This document shows positions 21,035-32,228 of a stretch of 64,000 bases of DNA, piece after piece. The translations under genes and the position numbers were made by a program. The notes under the pieces were generated by a model. That model made no database searches. It had not been told where the DNA came from and worked only from the letters and a program-made list of their open reading frames with translations. The stretch covers positions 124,001 to 188,000 of the forward strand of contig CDRNVI010000015.1 in assembly GCA_977017575.1 (NCBI GenBank), in the 5' to 3' direction. Numbering within the stretch: position 1 is the first letter of the stretch; every line of letters starts with the position of its first letter. This DNA is from Paramoeba atlantica. Lineage: Eukaryota > Protista > Discosea.

Positions 21035-21610
21035 ATGTTCAAACGTTTGAGCGATAGAGTACTTTCGAGTTGGCGTGGCGGAATATTTACTGGAATAGGG
21101 GCGGTAATGGGTTGCGGAGGTGTAGTCTACTTATTAAGACATCCGTTGCGTTCGGACACGGTACATCAGACTGCGGATGTCGCTAGTGAAGCATTGAGCG
21201 ACATACGACTGCGCCAACAGGCAATCGTATTATCCAAAGAAGTCGTGAATAATATTCTACGGAATGATGAAAGTTTAAATTTGTTAAAAGATCTCCTATT
21301 GAGGCTTCTGCAGCAAGAAGAGACCCGAAATGGATTGATGATGCTCCTTCACGGCGTCTTTGAAGATCCTTACTTTCAGGAGACCACCAAAAAATTCGTC
21401 GTTCGTATACTCAGCGATGCATGGATTATGGAGCGCTTAACTCAGATGACACATGAATTAGGAGGTGATCTCCTTGCTAATGAAACTACGAAGTCGCAAA
21501 TGGTTGAATTCTTGCAGTCTACTGCAGGAACCGCCATAGAATCACAAGAAGTTAAGGAGAAAGCTATGAGCACTGGCCGTGAAATTGTTTGGGGAGTTTT
21601 TTGGAAATGA
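21035..21610 (+). CDS. Hypothetical protein with one N-terminal TM segment, probably mitochondrial
   Basis: MFKRLSDRVLSSWR presequence-like start, glycine-rich TM, helical remainder. Confidence 0.8.
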   Translation: MFKRLSDRVLSSWRGGIFTGIGAVMGCGGVVYLLRHPLRSDTVHQTADVASEALSDIRLRQQAIVLSKEVVNNILRNDESLNLLKDLLLRLLQQEETRNGLMMLLHGVFEDPYFQETTKKFVVRILSDAWIMERLTQMTHELGGDLLANETTKSQMVEFLQSTAGTAIESQEVKEKAMSTGREIVWGVFWK

Positions 21611-22190
21611 GTCACATTTTCTCTTGTCCTGCTAGTATGTAATTGTTTTACTCCGTTCAGTACTTTCCCTGTCTCATGACATAATTTGGAAGTAAACTTA
21701 AAATATGCACCTATGGCGACCAATGTGGAAAACAGCAAGGCGATTCGATAACAAGCCTCCACAGTAAAATTCACAACGTTATAAACTTTTATAACAACGG
21801 AACACTTTCGCGGAACTTTACGTCGGCTATAGCCCAACATGTATGTAAATTTCTGATGACTGTTACCGAAGATAACGACAAATAACATTCTCCAAATAAG
21901 ATTCGTCATTTACAATTTGTAAGAGGAATGTATGTAATCGGGTAGTGAAATCTGAAATTTTCAGCTGTGTGATATGTATGTTTTGTCCCTCTTATATTGG
22001 TATTGTTGATTAAAGAGCAGATTCAAGAATAATAGACTAAGCGACGTTTCTGACACAATGTGTTCTACGTATTGCTACGACAATGAAAATAGGGGTCCGA
22101 ATAACTTTAAAACTTTATGACTTTAAAGGAACTATTTTTTTTTGTACCTTGCATTGCTTTTCTCTCTGAGATATTTATTGTTAATGTTCA

Positions 22191-22277
22191 CTTCGTTAAA
22201 CGCGATGATTGTTTTCAGTGAAGAAGTCACCACTGCTACGCGCATCGCGTTGAAAACTACCGCCGCGTTTAACGAGG
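22191..22277. repeat. Palindromic MITE-like element (family copy 2)
   Basis: CTTCGTTAAACGCG...CGCGTTTAACGAGG arms and spacer homologous to 15284-15400. Confidence 0.75.
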
Positions 22278-22472
22278 ACAATATACATATTGTATAGTAT
22301 AAATAACGAACTTCGTAGAAACGGCATAAATGTCAGCGTGCTAACTGCTTCGTTAAAAAGCGGTGGTTGTTGGTAAACGGGCTTCGCAAATTGCTTCCCA
22401 CTAACGACGTCGCGTATGGAAGAAAATATAACCGTCGGGAGTGGAACCTGTGACCACCAGATTACAAACGGC

Positions 22473-22521
22473 GGGTCTTATTAAATGGACTATCTGGTTC
22501 GACTCCTGAGACCTACGTTTT
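22473..22521 (+). promoter_or_regulatory. Isolated Pol III-type B box with A-box-like element, flanking stem and T4
   Basis: GGTTCGACTCC at 22496-22506; GGGTCTT/GAGACCT stem; TTTT at 22518-22521; too short for a tRNA. Confidence 0.4.
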
Positions 22522-23016
22522 CGAGCACCGTGATTTGTGCCCAAATCGAGGCTGGGGGGGGGCTAGACCCCCTTTTCTCACTCTCCTGGATCCATCCTAC
22601 CCCGGACACCATAAAGAAGGGAGAGGCAGAGGTTGTAAACAACCCCCGCAATAAACATGATACTTCGAATGTGCATTTACTTGTGCGCTTGCGAAGGCAT
22701 TCTACTTGATTCCTCGATTGATGTTAATCTAACGTTGTGTGCTTGTATAAAATACGGTCGTTTAATGCAGTACCTGTATTCGAAAACGAAGAGAATTGTT
22801 TTGCGACTGAAAATTAGTTAAATCCTAGGAAAGAAAAAGGGATTGCTCAGTGCACAGATAAGTACAAAAGGTATATCGAAAGATCGTTTTTCAATACGTG
22901 GCGATTTATAGACCAGGAAAAGTTTTTACATGGAATGGAGTCGACATACCGAAGAAGCAAGTGGAGAGCTGTTCTGGTGGAACTCGCGCTATTAAATATG
23001 TGTCTGGAACAGAGGG

Positions 23017-24054
23017 TTGAGCATTTCGACGAGCGAAAAAAATACAGCATCCTTGCGGGACGACGATATCTGGTGTAGTTTCCTACGTGCCAAATCACGG
23101 TGTGTCTACACATTATGCATTTTCTGTTCGATGGGTCCCTACGTTGACAACTTGTGTATCTGTGCGCGGTGCGCTGGCACAGTACACTTCCAATGTTCAA
23201 CTTCTTGCGAGGAATGCGAGGATGCCAATCTCTCTTCTACAACTATGCCTTCAAGCATGCGGAGAATCTGCCACACTTGTGTATCGCAAAGTGTTAGATT
23301 AAAGACTTTGTACACGGGTTCATCACATAGTGAATTGTTACAAATCATGTGGAGACTGGAAAAAAATTCTGTTGAGTATCCACAAAGCGTGAGACATAGT
23401 CTACTACAAATAAAGAAAATGCGTTACACAGATCAATCCATTGCGATTAAACAAGTGCAAAATATTATGTACATTTTCCATCATCCTTTGAATACTCTAC
23501 GCCTTCAAAGAGCTTGCGTCAAGTCCAAAGGTGGGGTGTTCGGAGTGTATGCCCTACAAAGCATACCACGCTACACTCACGTCGGCATTTACCCGGGATA
23601 TACGGACATTTTTGCCACTGAACAGTGTTATCGAGGCCGAAAACCTCCGAAATATACCTTGCTAGGCCTCAATTGTGCCGATTATAATAATCAAGTTTTT
23701 CCAGAATTCGAATCGACGTTCCTTCCATATCTCAATGAGCCCTCGCCAGGTGAATCTGCCAATTGTGCCTGGATTCAAGAGCATAATGTTGCTGAAGGTA
23801 GGCTCAGCGTCTTAACTGTTAAAAATGTGTCAAAAGGAGATGAGCTACTCGTAGGATACGGACCTTTGTACGACAGGTTATATCCATTTGAGTACGACTC
23901 ATACTCGTTTCATAAAACGGAAACGATGCTATCGGGAAACTATTTTGTGCTCGGTCATTCTACATGCGCTGAAGCTGAAAGCAATGTGGTCGGTTATGTA
24001 TTATGGGATGCTGCAACTCGGGAGTACAGTGAAGTGAAAATTGCCGAATTCTGA
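23017..24054 (+). CDS. PHD-finger plus SET-domain protein (start codon uncertain)
   Basis: CIFC..CARC..H..C..CHTC PHD spacing; SET motifs GVFGVYA...GIYPG...YLNEP...NCA...VSKGDELLVGYG. Confidence 0.82.
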   Translation: MSISTSEKNTASLRDDDIWCSFLRAKSRCVYTLCIFCSMGPYVDNLCICARCAGTVHFQCSTSCEECEDANLSSTTMPSSMRRICHTCVSQSVRLKTLYTGSSHSELLQIMWRLEKNSVEYPQSVRHSLLQIKKMRYTDQSIAIKQVQNIMYIFHHPLNTLRLQRACVKSKGGVFGVYALQSIPRYTHVGIYPGYTDIFATEQCYRGRKPPKYTLLGLNCADYNNQVFPEFESTFLPYLNEPSPGESANCAWIQEHNVAEGRLSVLTVKNVSKGDELLVGYGPLYDRLYPFEYDSYSFHKTETMLSGNYFVLGHSTCAEAESNVVGYVLWDAATREYSEVKIAEF

Positions 24055-24527
24055 CATACGTGTAATTTCCTGATATGAAACGTTCTGGAAAAAATAGCGT
24101 TAGCGGGCGAAGAGTGCTTTTCGCGCTAGTGGACATTTTTTTTCAAACTAAGTTCATCTTGCACAGCTACGGGCATCACACCATATGGGCATGACAACAA
24201 CATGCGCAAACAGCTTCTGACGCCAACAACCTTCTTATAGAACACTTCTCGTCAGAAAATGCATAACGTGCATGAGAACGGGCAAAGTGGAGAGTGAGTA
24301 ACAATAAGAAAATAACTAAGTACAAAACATGGAAAAGTGGGTGCAATATAAGTGGTCATTACCCAAAATGTCTTATAGTTTAGATACAGATTTCGATGTT
24401 TCGGATTTATTGGTGATGTAGAATGCTCACGGCATTGTACATCGTTATCGGCTTTCCATTTCTTCTCGTTTCTTATTCAGTCTTTTACATCAATTCAGTA
24501 GTAAATTAGAACAGTCGGTGAGGTATC

Positions 24528-25268
24528 ATGAGACAGAGCTTGTACGCCTGTATGGACGAGTGTGCATCTGCCAAAACGGATGAAAAGTTCTCTGTTCGCA
24601 GGCAACAAAGTGCAAAAGTTAGAGGTGCGATTATTCCAGCTGAATATGCCATGGAGAAATTTCTGCAAACGATCCAACACACACAGCCTGCATGGAGCAC
24701 GAATACTCCAATATGTGAATGGCCTGGTATCCTATGCGACACCAAATTGCAGGTCGAGTCGATCAAGTGGACCTCTCAAGATCTCAGTGGCACAGTGCGT
24801 TGTAGCATGGTGCCTTCTACAGTAGAGAAGCTGAATCTGTCCAATAACCTTCTGACGGGATCGCTGCATTTGGCAGATTTGCCGTATTGTTTACAACAGT
24901 TTCATGCGCATCATAATGATTTTGAGGGAAATTTGGAGCTTGCAGATCTACCTCCCCATATGGAGAGGCTTATGTTAAGTAGTAATCGGTTTTCTGGTTC
25001 GATCGATCTGCGCCACTTGCCGAACTTGCTCCAGTCATTGTGGATTGATCGAAATCTTCTTACAGGATCGCTAGAGCTCGATGCATTGCCCTCGCAATTG
25101 CGTATCCTTAAACTAAGTGACAACCTATTTTCTGGGTGCGTCAAATTTCCTGAAGTACTTCCCTCGTGCCTCATTGAGATCAACATCAATCGCAATGCGC
25201 TGCATATTCCTTCTTCCCTTCCCTGTGGTGTGGTAGGCTGGGATCAAGACACCTCACGTATTCAGTAA
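24528..25268 (+). CDS. Plant-type LRR protein with LRRNT-like cap
   Basis: WSTNTPICEWPGILC cap followed by about six LPxxLxxLxLxxNxLxGxLDL repeats. Confidence 0.9.
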   Translation: MRQSLYACMDECASAKTDEKFSVRRQQSAKVRGAIIPAEYAMEKFLQTIQHTQPAWSTNTPICEWPGILCDTKLQVESIKWTSQDLSGTVRCSMVPSTVEKLNLSNNLLTGSLHLADLPYCLQQFHAHHNDFEGNLELADLPPHMERLMLSSNRFSGSIDLRHLPNLLQSLWIDRNLLTGSLELDALPSQLRILKLSDNLFSGCVKFPEVLPSCLIEININRNALHIPSSLPCGVVGWDQDTSRIQ

Positions 25269-25580
25269 GTGAAGTTGTGCAATTCTTGAATATTTTAAAT
25301 GAACATTATGTCGTTTATTCAAAGATCCCTCATAAATTTCAGAACGTTTGTGGAAAAGTGTTGTTGTCCTAGCACTATACAGTCGTACCTTATTAATGAT
25401 ATGACAGTAACGGAGAAAAACGATGCTATAACTCTACGTAATACTAAACGTTTTTGCTATGTATGGTAGGATAAGTAAGGTACAAAGTAAGTAAGGTAAG
25501 TAGTAACGTACTACCAGATTGTACATGTAGTACTGCGTAAACATCTTTCTAATATTATTCAGTTTATTGCTTTGAAAGTG

Positions 25581-26570
25581 ATGACGTACGATCACACGAA
25601 TCCTACAGTTAAGCGACTTTTGAGGGAATTAAAGAGCATGACAGAAGCAACATCTCCATATTTTCTTGCGTATCCATTGGAGGACAATCTTTTTTGTTGG
25701 CATTTTACTCTACTTGGTCCGCCTGACTCACCGTACGCCGTTGGCTATTACCATGGGAAACTTTTAGTGCCCTCAAATTATCCTTTTTCTCCTCCCGACA
25801 TCGTTTTGCTCACTCCCAGCGGTCGGTTTCAAACAAACAAAAAAATATGCGTCTCTATTTCTTCTCATCATCCCGAGAACTGGAAGGTGACATATAACTT
25901 GCATACTGTGTTACTTGCGCTTCGCGAATTTATGTCAACTGCGGGTAACAATGCTATAGGAGCATTAGAATATCCGGACGCAGTGCGAAAGGAGCTAGCG
26001 AAGAATAGTTGGGACTTTGTGTGTCATTTATGTGGCCAATCCATCGCATCGCATAGGGACAATTTACAAAAAAATGAACGAAATTTAAGTCACCAAGATG
26101 ATTCCGCAGAAACAATTGCTTTTGTGTATGGCTCGCCAGCTGAATCACATATTACTCCGGATAATGATTCAGAAACTCTCGAAGGTCATGACGAAATTTC
26201 CCCAACTTTGGAACCGTTACATGATACAACTTCCCAGGTCGTACGGCGGAGTGATTCACTAAATGCTGCACAAACCCTTGATGAGGATGGGATTTCGGAG
26301 CCTTCTGGTGGCGACTCTTGTGAGCATCTACTAAGCAATGTTAACTCCGAGAAAAACGTATCAAAAAGATCTCAAGACGTGGGAGAAAATGCATCGCTGC
26401 AAGCTGTACGTACAAAAGAGCCCGCGACAAATGAACTTTGTCAAGTTGTCATCAACGCTGAAACATTAGACTGGAGTATTGCTTTTGTCCTGCTTGCCAT
26501 TTTTGCAATCCTGATAAGGAAATGGTTGAGCGGTACGTTGGATGACGTTGCTATTTTTGCCCACGTATAG
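25581..26570 (+). CDS. UBC6: Ubiquitin-conjugating enzyme E2, UBC6/UBE2J family, tail-anchored
   Basis: KRLLRE, WHFTLLGPPDSPY, YPFSPP, TPSGRF..KKICVSISSHHPENW; C-terminal TM. Confidence 0.93.
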   Translation: MTYDHTNPTVKRLLRELKSMTEATSPYFLAYPLEDNLFCWHFTLLGPPDSPYAVGYYHGKLLVPSNYPFSPPDIVLLTPSGRFQTNKKICVSISSHHPENWKVTYNLHTVLLALREFMSTAGNNAIGALEYPDAVRKELAKNSWDFVCHLCGQSIASHRDNLQKNERNLSHQDDSAETIAFVYGSPAESHITPDNDSETLEGHDEISPTLEPLHDTTSQVVRRSDSLNAAQTLDEDGISEPSGGDSCEHLLSNVNSEKNVSKRSQDVGENASLQAVRTKEPATNELCQVVINAETLDWSIAFVLLAIFAILIRKWLSGTLDDVAIFAHV

Positions 26571-26796
26571 AAATACAAAAGCATGGTATCCTGCATAATG
26601 AACTACTGTTCTTACTGTAAATACACTGTTGCTACTGTGACCCCACTATACTTTTCACGAAAGGAAAAAATAATACTAAGGGTGTAGCAAAGATTAACTC
26701 TATACGTTTCACTAAAACTTATGCATAGTGCAGACTTCTGTAATTGGGCTAGATGCAAACTCGTTTCTTGAATTCATATTTACTACTCGAGTTCTC

Positions 26797-28092
26797 ATGA
26801 GTGCACCGAGTAGTCGCTTTTTTTGCCCCGTATATTGCAAGAGATCCGAAGCAAACGATGTCCTTCTTGTTTGCGTTCAGAAAAATGTTTGCACTGCATG
26901 TTTATTCTCAGAGTTCCATCCGCGTGAAACTAAACATGAAACGTCCCGTTATTTTAAAATAACAACAGGGCCTAGTGAATGTGACGATGTCACACTCTTT
27001 ATTTCGCAAGAAGATACACTGCATTTCACAGAAGATCAAACTTTAGCATGTTGTACTCTTTTGTCGCTACATGGCAAGTATTGCCTCTTCTGGCAAGTAG
27101 TTCTGGAGTGGGATGGATGCTTTCGAGTCAAACAAGTTCATTTTAGCCATATCTCGAGCGCTTTTCCCAAGCGTCTGACCTGTGCTCATTTCCTTGACCT
27201 TGCAGCGACAAAACCGAGTGAAGTAGTCTGCGTACTTATTGGCGACGCCACAGGTTGTGTTTTCGAAGTACAGTGGCGGGGAGTAGGCGGTTCAGATCTT
27301 GTCTGCACGTCCACAAAAGGCTTTGCACACATCTCAAGCATTACCGCGATTGCGACTCACCGGTTGAATTCCTCACTTGCTGATGCATGTCACGCTGCAC
27401 GGTCTGTCACCCACAGCACGAACTTTACCCCATCACATTTGGTTGCAACCGCAGATAAAGATGGGAAGATTCGGGTCTGTAGTCTCCCTCAGCCCCATTA
27501 CCTACTTTGTGTCTGTCTCATGCACGAGCCAACAACCGTTAGTGGTCTTTTGCTCCATCCTACCCACTACCATGAACGAGAAGATAAAGAAGAAACCCAA
27601 CTGCTGTGCTTCTCCAGTACGACAAATGGGACACTTGTCGTGCATCATGTCCTAAGCGGTGAGATTTTGCATATTATACGACAGTGGTCGGAAGTTCCTT
27701 TTTCTGTGGGTCAGAGTATGACCCACTCGGGGTACCGTGTTGTAGCACACTTCGTCAAATATGATGAAAGATCGCTAGATTTCTTTGTAGTTGTCGCAGA
27801 CGGTGGTTTAAATTTCCGCGCAGCCAAGGCATGCGCTTATAGAGGTGAGCATGGTAAATGGTTGGTTGATAGTGTCCCGTTGTCTAGTGTAGAAAAGAAA
27901 GTGATTAGTGCGGATAGTGTCGCTTATGCAAGCAAGTATCTTTGCGAAACAACAGGTCTTTTCACTTCTTCGGAGAATTTTATACAGAAATATGCGCTAT
28001 TTTATACTGCAGAGTGCATTGGTCGGAAAAGTACTGCGGTAAGAATGGAATGGGAAGACATTACTTCCGAGTTTTTGTCGTATATTTCGTAG
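26797..28092 (+). CDS. WDR4: WD40 protein, tRNA m7G methyltransferase non-catalytic subunit Trm82/WDR4-like
   Basis: ATADKDGKIRVCSLPQPHYLLCVCLMH resembles the Trm82 TADRDEKIRVS..P....FCLGH motif. Confidence 0.7.
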   Translation: MSAPSSRFFCPVYCKRSEANDVLLVCVQKNVCTACLFSEFHPRETKHETSRYFKITTGPSECDDVTLFISQEDTLHFTEDQTLACCTLLSLHGKYCLFWQVVLEWDGCFRVKQVHFSHISSAFPKRLTCAHFLDLAATKPSEVVCVLIGDATGCVFEVQWRGVGGSDLVCTSTKGFAHISSITAIATHRLNSSLADACHAARSVTHSTNFTPSHLVATADKDGKIRVCSLPQPHYLLCVCLMHEPTTVSGLLLHPTHYHEREDKEETQLLCFSSTTNGTLVVHHVLSGEILHIIRQWSEVPFSVGQSMTHSGYRVVAHFVKYDERSLDFFVVVADGGLNFRAAKACAYRGEHGKWLVDSVPLSSVEKKVISADSVAYASKYLCETTGLFTSSENFIQKYALFYTAECIGRKSTAVRMEWEDITSEFLSYIS

Positions 28093-28445
28093 GGAAGGTT
28101 GTTGACTGCCCCAAAAAATCTTTTAAAAGTCGCTTACACAAGGGCGAGGCTTCTTGGGTTCGTGCTTCCTTTTTTCGAGTGCTGTCTTGAAATGGAAACA
28201 CGATTTACAAAAAATGGAGCACTAGCGTAGTAATGCCGTTCGAATATAGTTTCTTGCTTCCCGGCTTGAATTATGGTGTATGTAACCCTTCTTTCAAAAA
28301 GAGTTCTTGTAAAAGGCGGCATTATGTATAATAATTTTTTTTATAATTATTGGTAATTATTAACGTCATAATTTTAACTGCTGCTATGGAGACATACAGG
28401 ACTTTACACTGCAGTGTTTTAATTTGAACATTTTTTTTACATGTA

Positions 28446-28838
28446 GTGCATAAGTACGATAAAACATTGGGTTTAATTGATTACCGAATGGGGATGGAGA
28501 GCAGTATTTTAAATGTCAAAAAAATTCTTGACGAAGAACTGAAATCTTGGCGTCGGGAACCGAGAAATAAAACGACTGAGCTTTCGAGCCCCGAAAAAAA
28601 ATATAATTGCGCTGTGCAGAATGAGTCGGCGAAGCTTGATAGAAATCTTCCCTTTGATGGATATAGCTACTATGATGCACTCATGCCACCTAGCAAATAC
28701 GCACGTCTTTTCAACTGTGTTGAATGTGACAAAGCATCACAGGGATTGTATCGCTGTGTTCGATGTTCAGCCAAATACTGTTCTCTAAGATGTCGAGATT
28801 TACATGAAGAAACGAGTTGTACAAACTTGAAGCTCTAA
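28446..28838 (+). CDS. zf-HIT protein, Swc6/ZNHIT1-like (first ATG at 28488)
   Basis: CVEC...YRCVRCSAKYCSLRCRDLHEETSC HIT zinc finger. Confidence 0.8.
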   Translation: MHKYDKTLGLIDYRMGMESSILNVKKILDEELKSWRREPRNKTTELSSPEKKYNCAVQNESAKLDRNLPFDGYSYYDALMPPSKYARLFNCVECDKASQGLYRCVRCSAKYCSLRCRDLHEETSCTNLKL

Positions 28839-29156
28839 ATTTTCTGTATTGTATCAGTAAACGGAATATAATACATGTTCCTGGTCATACATACAGGATA
28901 TGTAGGCCTAGGGGGGTGCGCACCAAAAAAAAAGATATACTTAACCGACTGTGTTCACTCCATGTTAAGTATTGCAGATTTATCAACCTAGATACACAAC
29001 GTATTCTTGATTGTTATGCGACCAACATAACATTACATGCGACCAACATAACATTACATCAAACACATGATTGTTGAAACTTCATTTAATTGATGTACAT
29101 TATACTTGCGAATTACATGAAATGTCCGCATAATTCAGCCCTATTACACTACTGTC

Positions 29157-30230
29157 ATGCAGGTTTCGGCACGATTGCTGCACCACGCTGATAGGCCGAA
29201 GTTAGAACACCTGTCCCGGCGCCTTACTGAACTAGTCCGTCTTAGCTCTTCTCGTGCAATTGACCCTAGCATCGCACGCCAAACATACGAGGCTATGGAG
29301 CTCCTCGGCGTACGCTCCCCGAACCTTCACCTCTGGGTGCTGCAGAAACCACCTACCTCTTCATGCTGCCAATTTACAGTTGAGATGGCTCGCTTTCCTG
29401 AAGTTTTTTTCTGCAGAGAAATATTTTCTGTAGTACAGCGGCTACTGCCTTCTGAGGTGATTCGTATGTTGGGTATTGCATATCGAATGCGTCAGAATAT
29501 TCAAAACTCTGTTGTGAATGAAAGCCCGTTTACGTGCGTTGGTGGGTCACAAGGTGAGAGCGTCGGTTCCGCTGTACTTCCTTTCGCTGCAGATCGAGAG
29601 GACCATATAGAGGAGGTTGTAGCCCAATGTGCAAAGCGGATCACTGAGCTTCGAACAGCATTGTCAGCTCGTGAACTTGCAGCTTCTCTTACTCGATTCG
29701 AAAGCTTAGGCTTTTTCGGAAAATGCACGCGCCAGGAGCTTTTGAACAACTTACTGCGACGGTTTTGGTGTGTTATAGATGATTCTTCATCAGGCTGTCT
29801 CCGTGACATTTTACTCACATTCACAACCCATTTTTCGAGACTCCCTAAAGAGAGTGTTCCGGATATACTGGAAGCTGTAGCTCAACGCGCTGTAGATTGC
29901 CTTGGAGAAGCTTTGACAACGCAGGAAAACGTTTCGCAGTCCTTCGAAGGGTCGAAACGGCATGTTCAGAGTCATAAAGAACGGCAAAAAGTTTTATCTA
30001 ATACTCTGGAAATAATATCATTATGTCATAGCTTTGGCTGGGAACACAATGGACTAAATAACGCAGTTCGTTACTTTGTGGAAACAGAACCTCCAGAAAC
30101 TGGTGAGCACATTACGGCACTGGTCGACGAAAAAGACAACAAGAATGATCAATGGAAAAAATGGTGTTCCTTGCTTCTCCCACAGCAACGTAAATTACTT
30201 GAGCTGTTGATGCAGCTCCCGGGAGCTTAA
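29157..30230 (+). CDS. Hypothetical helical protein
   Basis: 357-aa ATG ORF on the coding strand, no motif recognised. Confidence 0.75.
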   Translation: MQVSARLLHHADRPKLEHLSRRLTELVRLSSSRAIDPSIARQTYEAMELLGVRSPNLHLWVLQKPPTSSCCQFTVEMARFPEVFFCREIFSVVQRLLPSEVIRMLGIAYRMRQNIQNSVVNESPFTCVGGSQGESVGSAVLPFAADREDHIEEVVAQCAKRITELRTALSARELAASLTRFESLGFFGKCTRQELLNNLLRRFWCVIDDSSSGCLRDILLTFTTHFSRLPKESVPDILEAVAQRAVDCLGEALTTQENVSQSFEGSKRHVQSHKERQKVLSNTLEIISLCHSFGWEHNGLNNAVRYFVETEPPETGEHITALVDEKDNKNDQWKKWCSLLLPQQRKLLELLMQLPGA

Positions 30231-30595
30231 AAGATGAAATCGATGAAAACCAAATTTGAGTGATGGAAGTGCGAGTACAATGTATTACAGTACATGATAA
30301 TTCCTGTATATTCCGCATCATTCTTCTCCTTGTACTTTTTTATCCCAATTGAACTACCTAGCAAATATTGCCACTGAAAAATTGTAATCTGATTCTGATT
30401 ATCAGAAGACAGAAGTACACTGCGATCACACACTTTTGTATTATGTTTGGAGAGTGGCCTAAGATAATAACTAAACGGGACACTTTCGCGGAGCTTCACG
30501 TTGGCCGGCGGCCTACTTTTACGGAAGTTTCTGATGATTGTTCCCGGAGATTCCGTACATCTCAATTATTCTCCCACGTACATCCATGTTGAAAT

Positions 30596-31987
30596 ATGCT
30601 AGGATATACTTGTAAAGATTGTAAAGATTGCAAATCATCACAGATACCAACAAAATTTATGACAGTTGGGAGCAGTTCATTATTAGTGCCTCTCCGAGAA
30701 AATACACATACTCAGAGCAAAGCCCAAGCTGCGACATATAACGCAAAATTCCTGAGACGATATGTCTCCACTCGGGACGACACACGCTCTATTCTTCGTA
30801 TTGATCAGCTTGACGCTCTCAATCTACAATCTGCTCTTCTCCGTGTTCTTTACACCCAACTTTCTCAGATATTTCTTCTTTTTCCCCAGGGGAATTCGGT
30901 GTCTCACTTATTTACTCACTACATCTCAGAGCTTCGGAGTATTCTACACGCACTCCTCCTATTTGTGGCACTACCACAAGTGTACGGTGATCGATTGCAT
31001 AACCTTTTCTACGGGACGTATTTTACTTGGAAATTGAAAGCAGCGTACATATCCTTGGAGGTTCTCTTACCGTACGCCATTCAAAAGACTTCTGCTCAAG
31101 TTTTTGAAGCGAATTGGGATCCTGATCCGAGCGTGTCTTGCTTTTCGTCGCGACGTGTATTCATATCTCGCATATTGAATTTTGGTGAAATAGCAGCGCA
31201 GTCATTCAGTTTAGTAAACACTATTCTTTTTCTGTGGATGGGAAAGTATCGCAACCTTACTGATCGTGTTCTTGGTTTGCCTTTACGCTACGGATCGCAA
31301 CGCATGATAAAAATATTGTATGCCCCATTCGTTCTTCGCGCACTGTCTTGGAGAATCCTTTCAAGTTTTTTACATACCACAGGACCATGGTTACGTCCCA
31401 TATTCCTAGGCTTACTCCGCGGACCACAATGCTTGATACAATATACGCAAGTATTTTTTCATTCGGTAACTCAAATAATATCTGTATCACTGCGTATATT
31501 GGTCCTTTATCTGAAGCCAATAATGGAGCGGAGTCCTACGTTTGGGCCCGGTTCCAACTTTAATTCTTTTCGTCGATTCCTTTTTGAGCGGTTTCTGTCA
31601 TTGACCCCCTCTATAACTCGTCAAAGCAATTCTATAAATATGGAAACGGGTGGTGCAAAAACTTTGTCAAACCCTCTGTCAAACCCTGATGATGGAACTG
31701 AGATTCGGCACTCGCTGCTTTCCTCTTTATCTTCCTGTGGAATATGCTGTGCTTGCCCGATCTTAATATCTGTGCACTGCATGCCATGTCGCCACTCCTT
31801 TTGTTACTATTGCATCGCTCGCATTCTTCCGCTGCGATGCGAGACTTCCGAAACTAGTCAAGAGAGTTCTAAGCGGCGACCTAGTCTTACACCTGGGGGA
31901 ACAAACTTAATTTATCTGAACGCTGATGATGAGAGACCCATGTGTCCAAAATGTGATCATTCTGTATCGCATCTCATTCGTGGGTGA
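30596..31987 (+). CDS. PEX2: Peroxin-2 (RING peroxin)
   Basis: RIDQLDA..L, GKYRNLTDRVLGL, C-terminal CGIC...CRHSFCYYCI...CPKC RING. Confidence 0.88.
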   Translation: MLGYTCKDCKDCKSSQIPTKFMTVGSSSLLVPLRENTHTQSKAQAATYNAKFLRRYVSTRDDTRSILRIDQLDALNLQSALLRVLYTQLSQIFLLFPQGNSVSHLFTHYISELRSILHALLLFVALPQVYGDRLHNLFYGTYFTWKLKAAYISLEVLLPYAIQKTSAQVFEANWDPDPSVSCFSSRRVFISRILNFGEIAAQSFSLVNTILFLWMGKYRNLTDRVLGLPLRYGSQRMIKILYAPFVLRALSWRILSSFLHTTGPWLRPIFLGLLRGPQCLIQYTQVFFHSVTQIISVSLRILVLYLKPIMERSPTFGPGSNFNSFRRFLFERFLSLTPSITRQSNSINMETGGAKTLSNPLSNPDDGTEIRHSLLSSLSSCGICCACPILISVHCMPCRHSFCYYCIARILPLRCETSETSQESSKRRPSLTPGGTNLIYLNADDERPMCPKCDHSVSHLIRG

Positions 31988-32228
31988 TCATTTAAAAACT
32001 TGAATTTAAATTTATCGCCTCAATCAAGAGCTCTCACCTCATCCTTTAGGAAGGGGCCTTTACGTTCCTTAAAAACTTTTCGATCAAATTCTATGAATAT
32101 TTTTGAATTGTAGTCACTGAAAAATCGTAGGGTTTAGCGTTTTAGAGATGTTTAGAGAGTATATTACGCACTTCTTTCGTATCCAAGAATTTCTGTGTAA
32201 AAAAATATATTTTCGCATTGGTGGCACC

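Noticed and set aside
29016-29057. 21-bp tandem duplication
   Set aside because: Simple local slippage duplication in an intergenic spacer, with no further structure.
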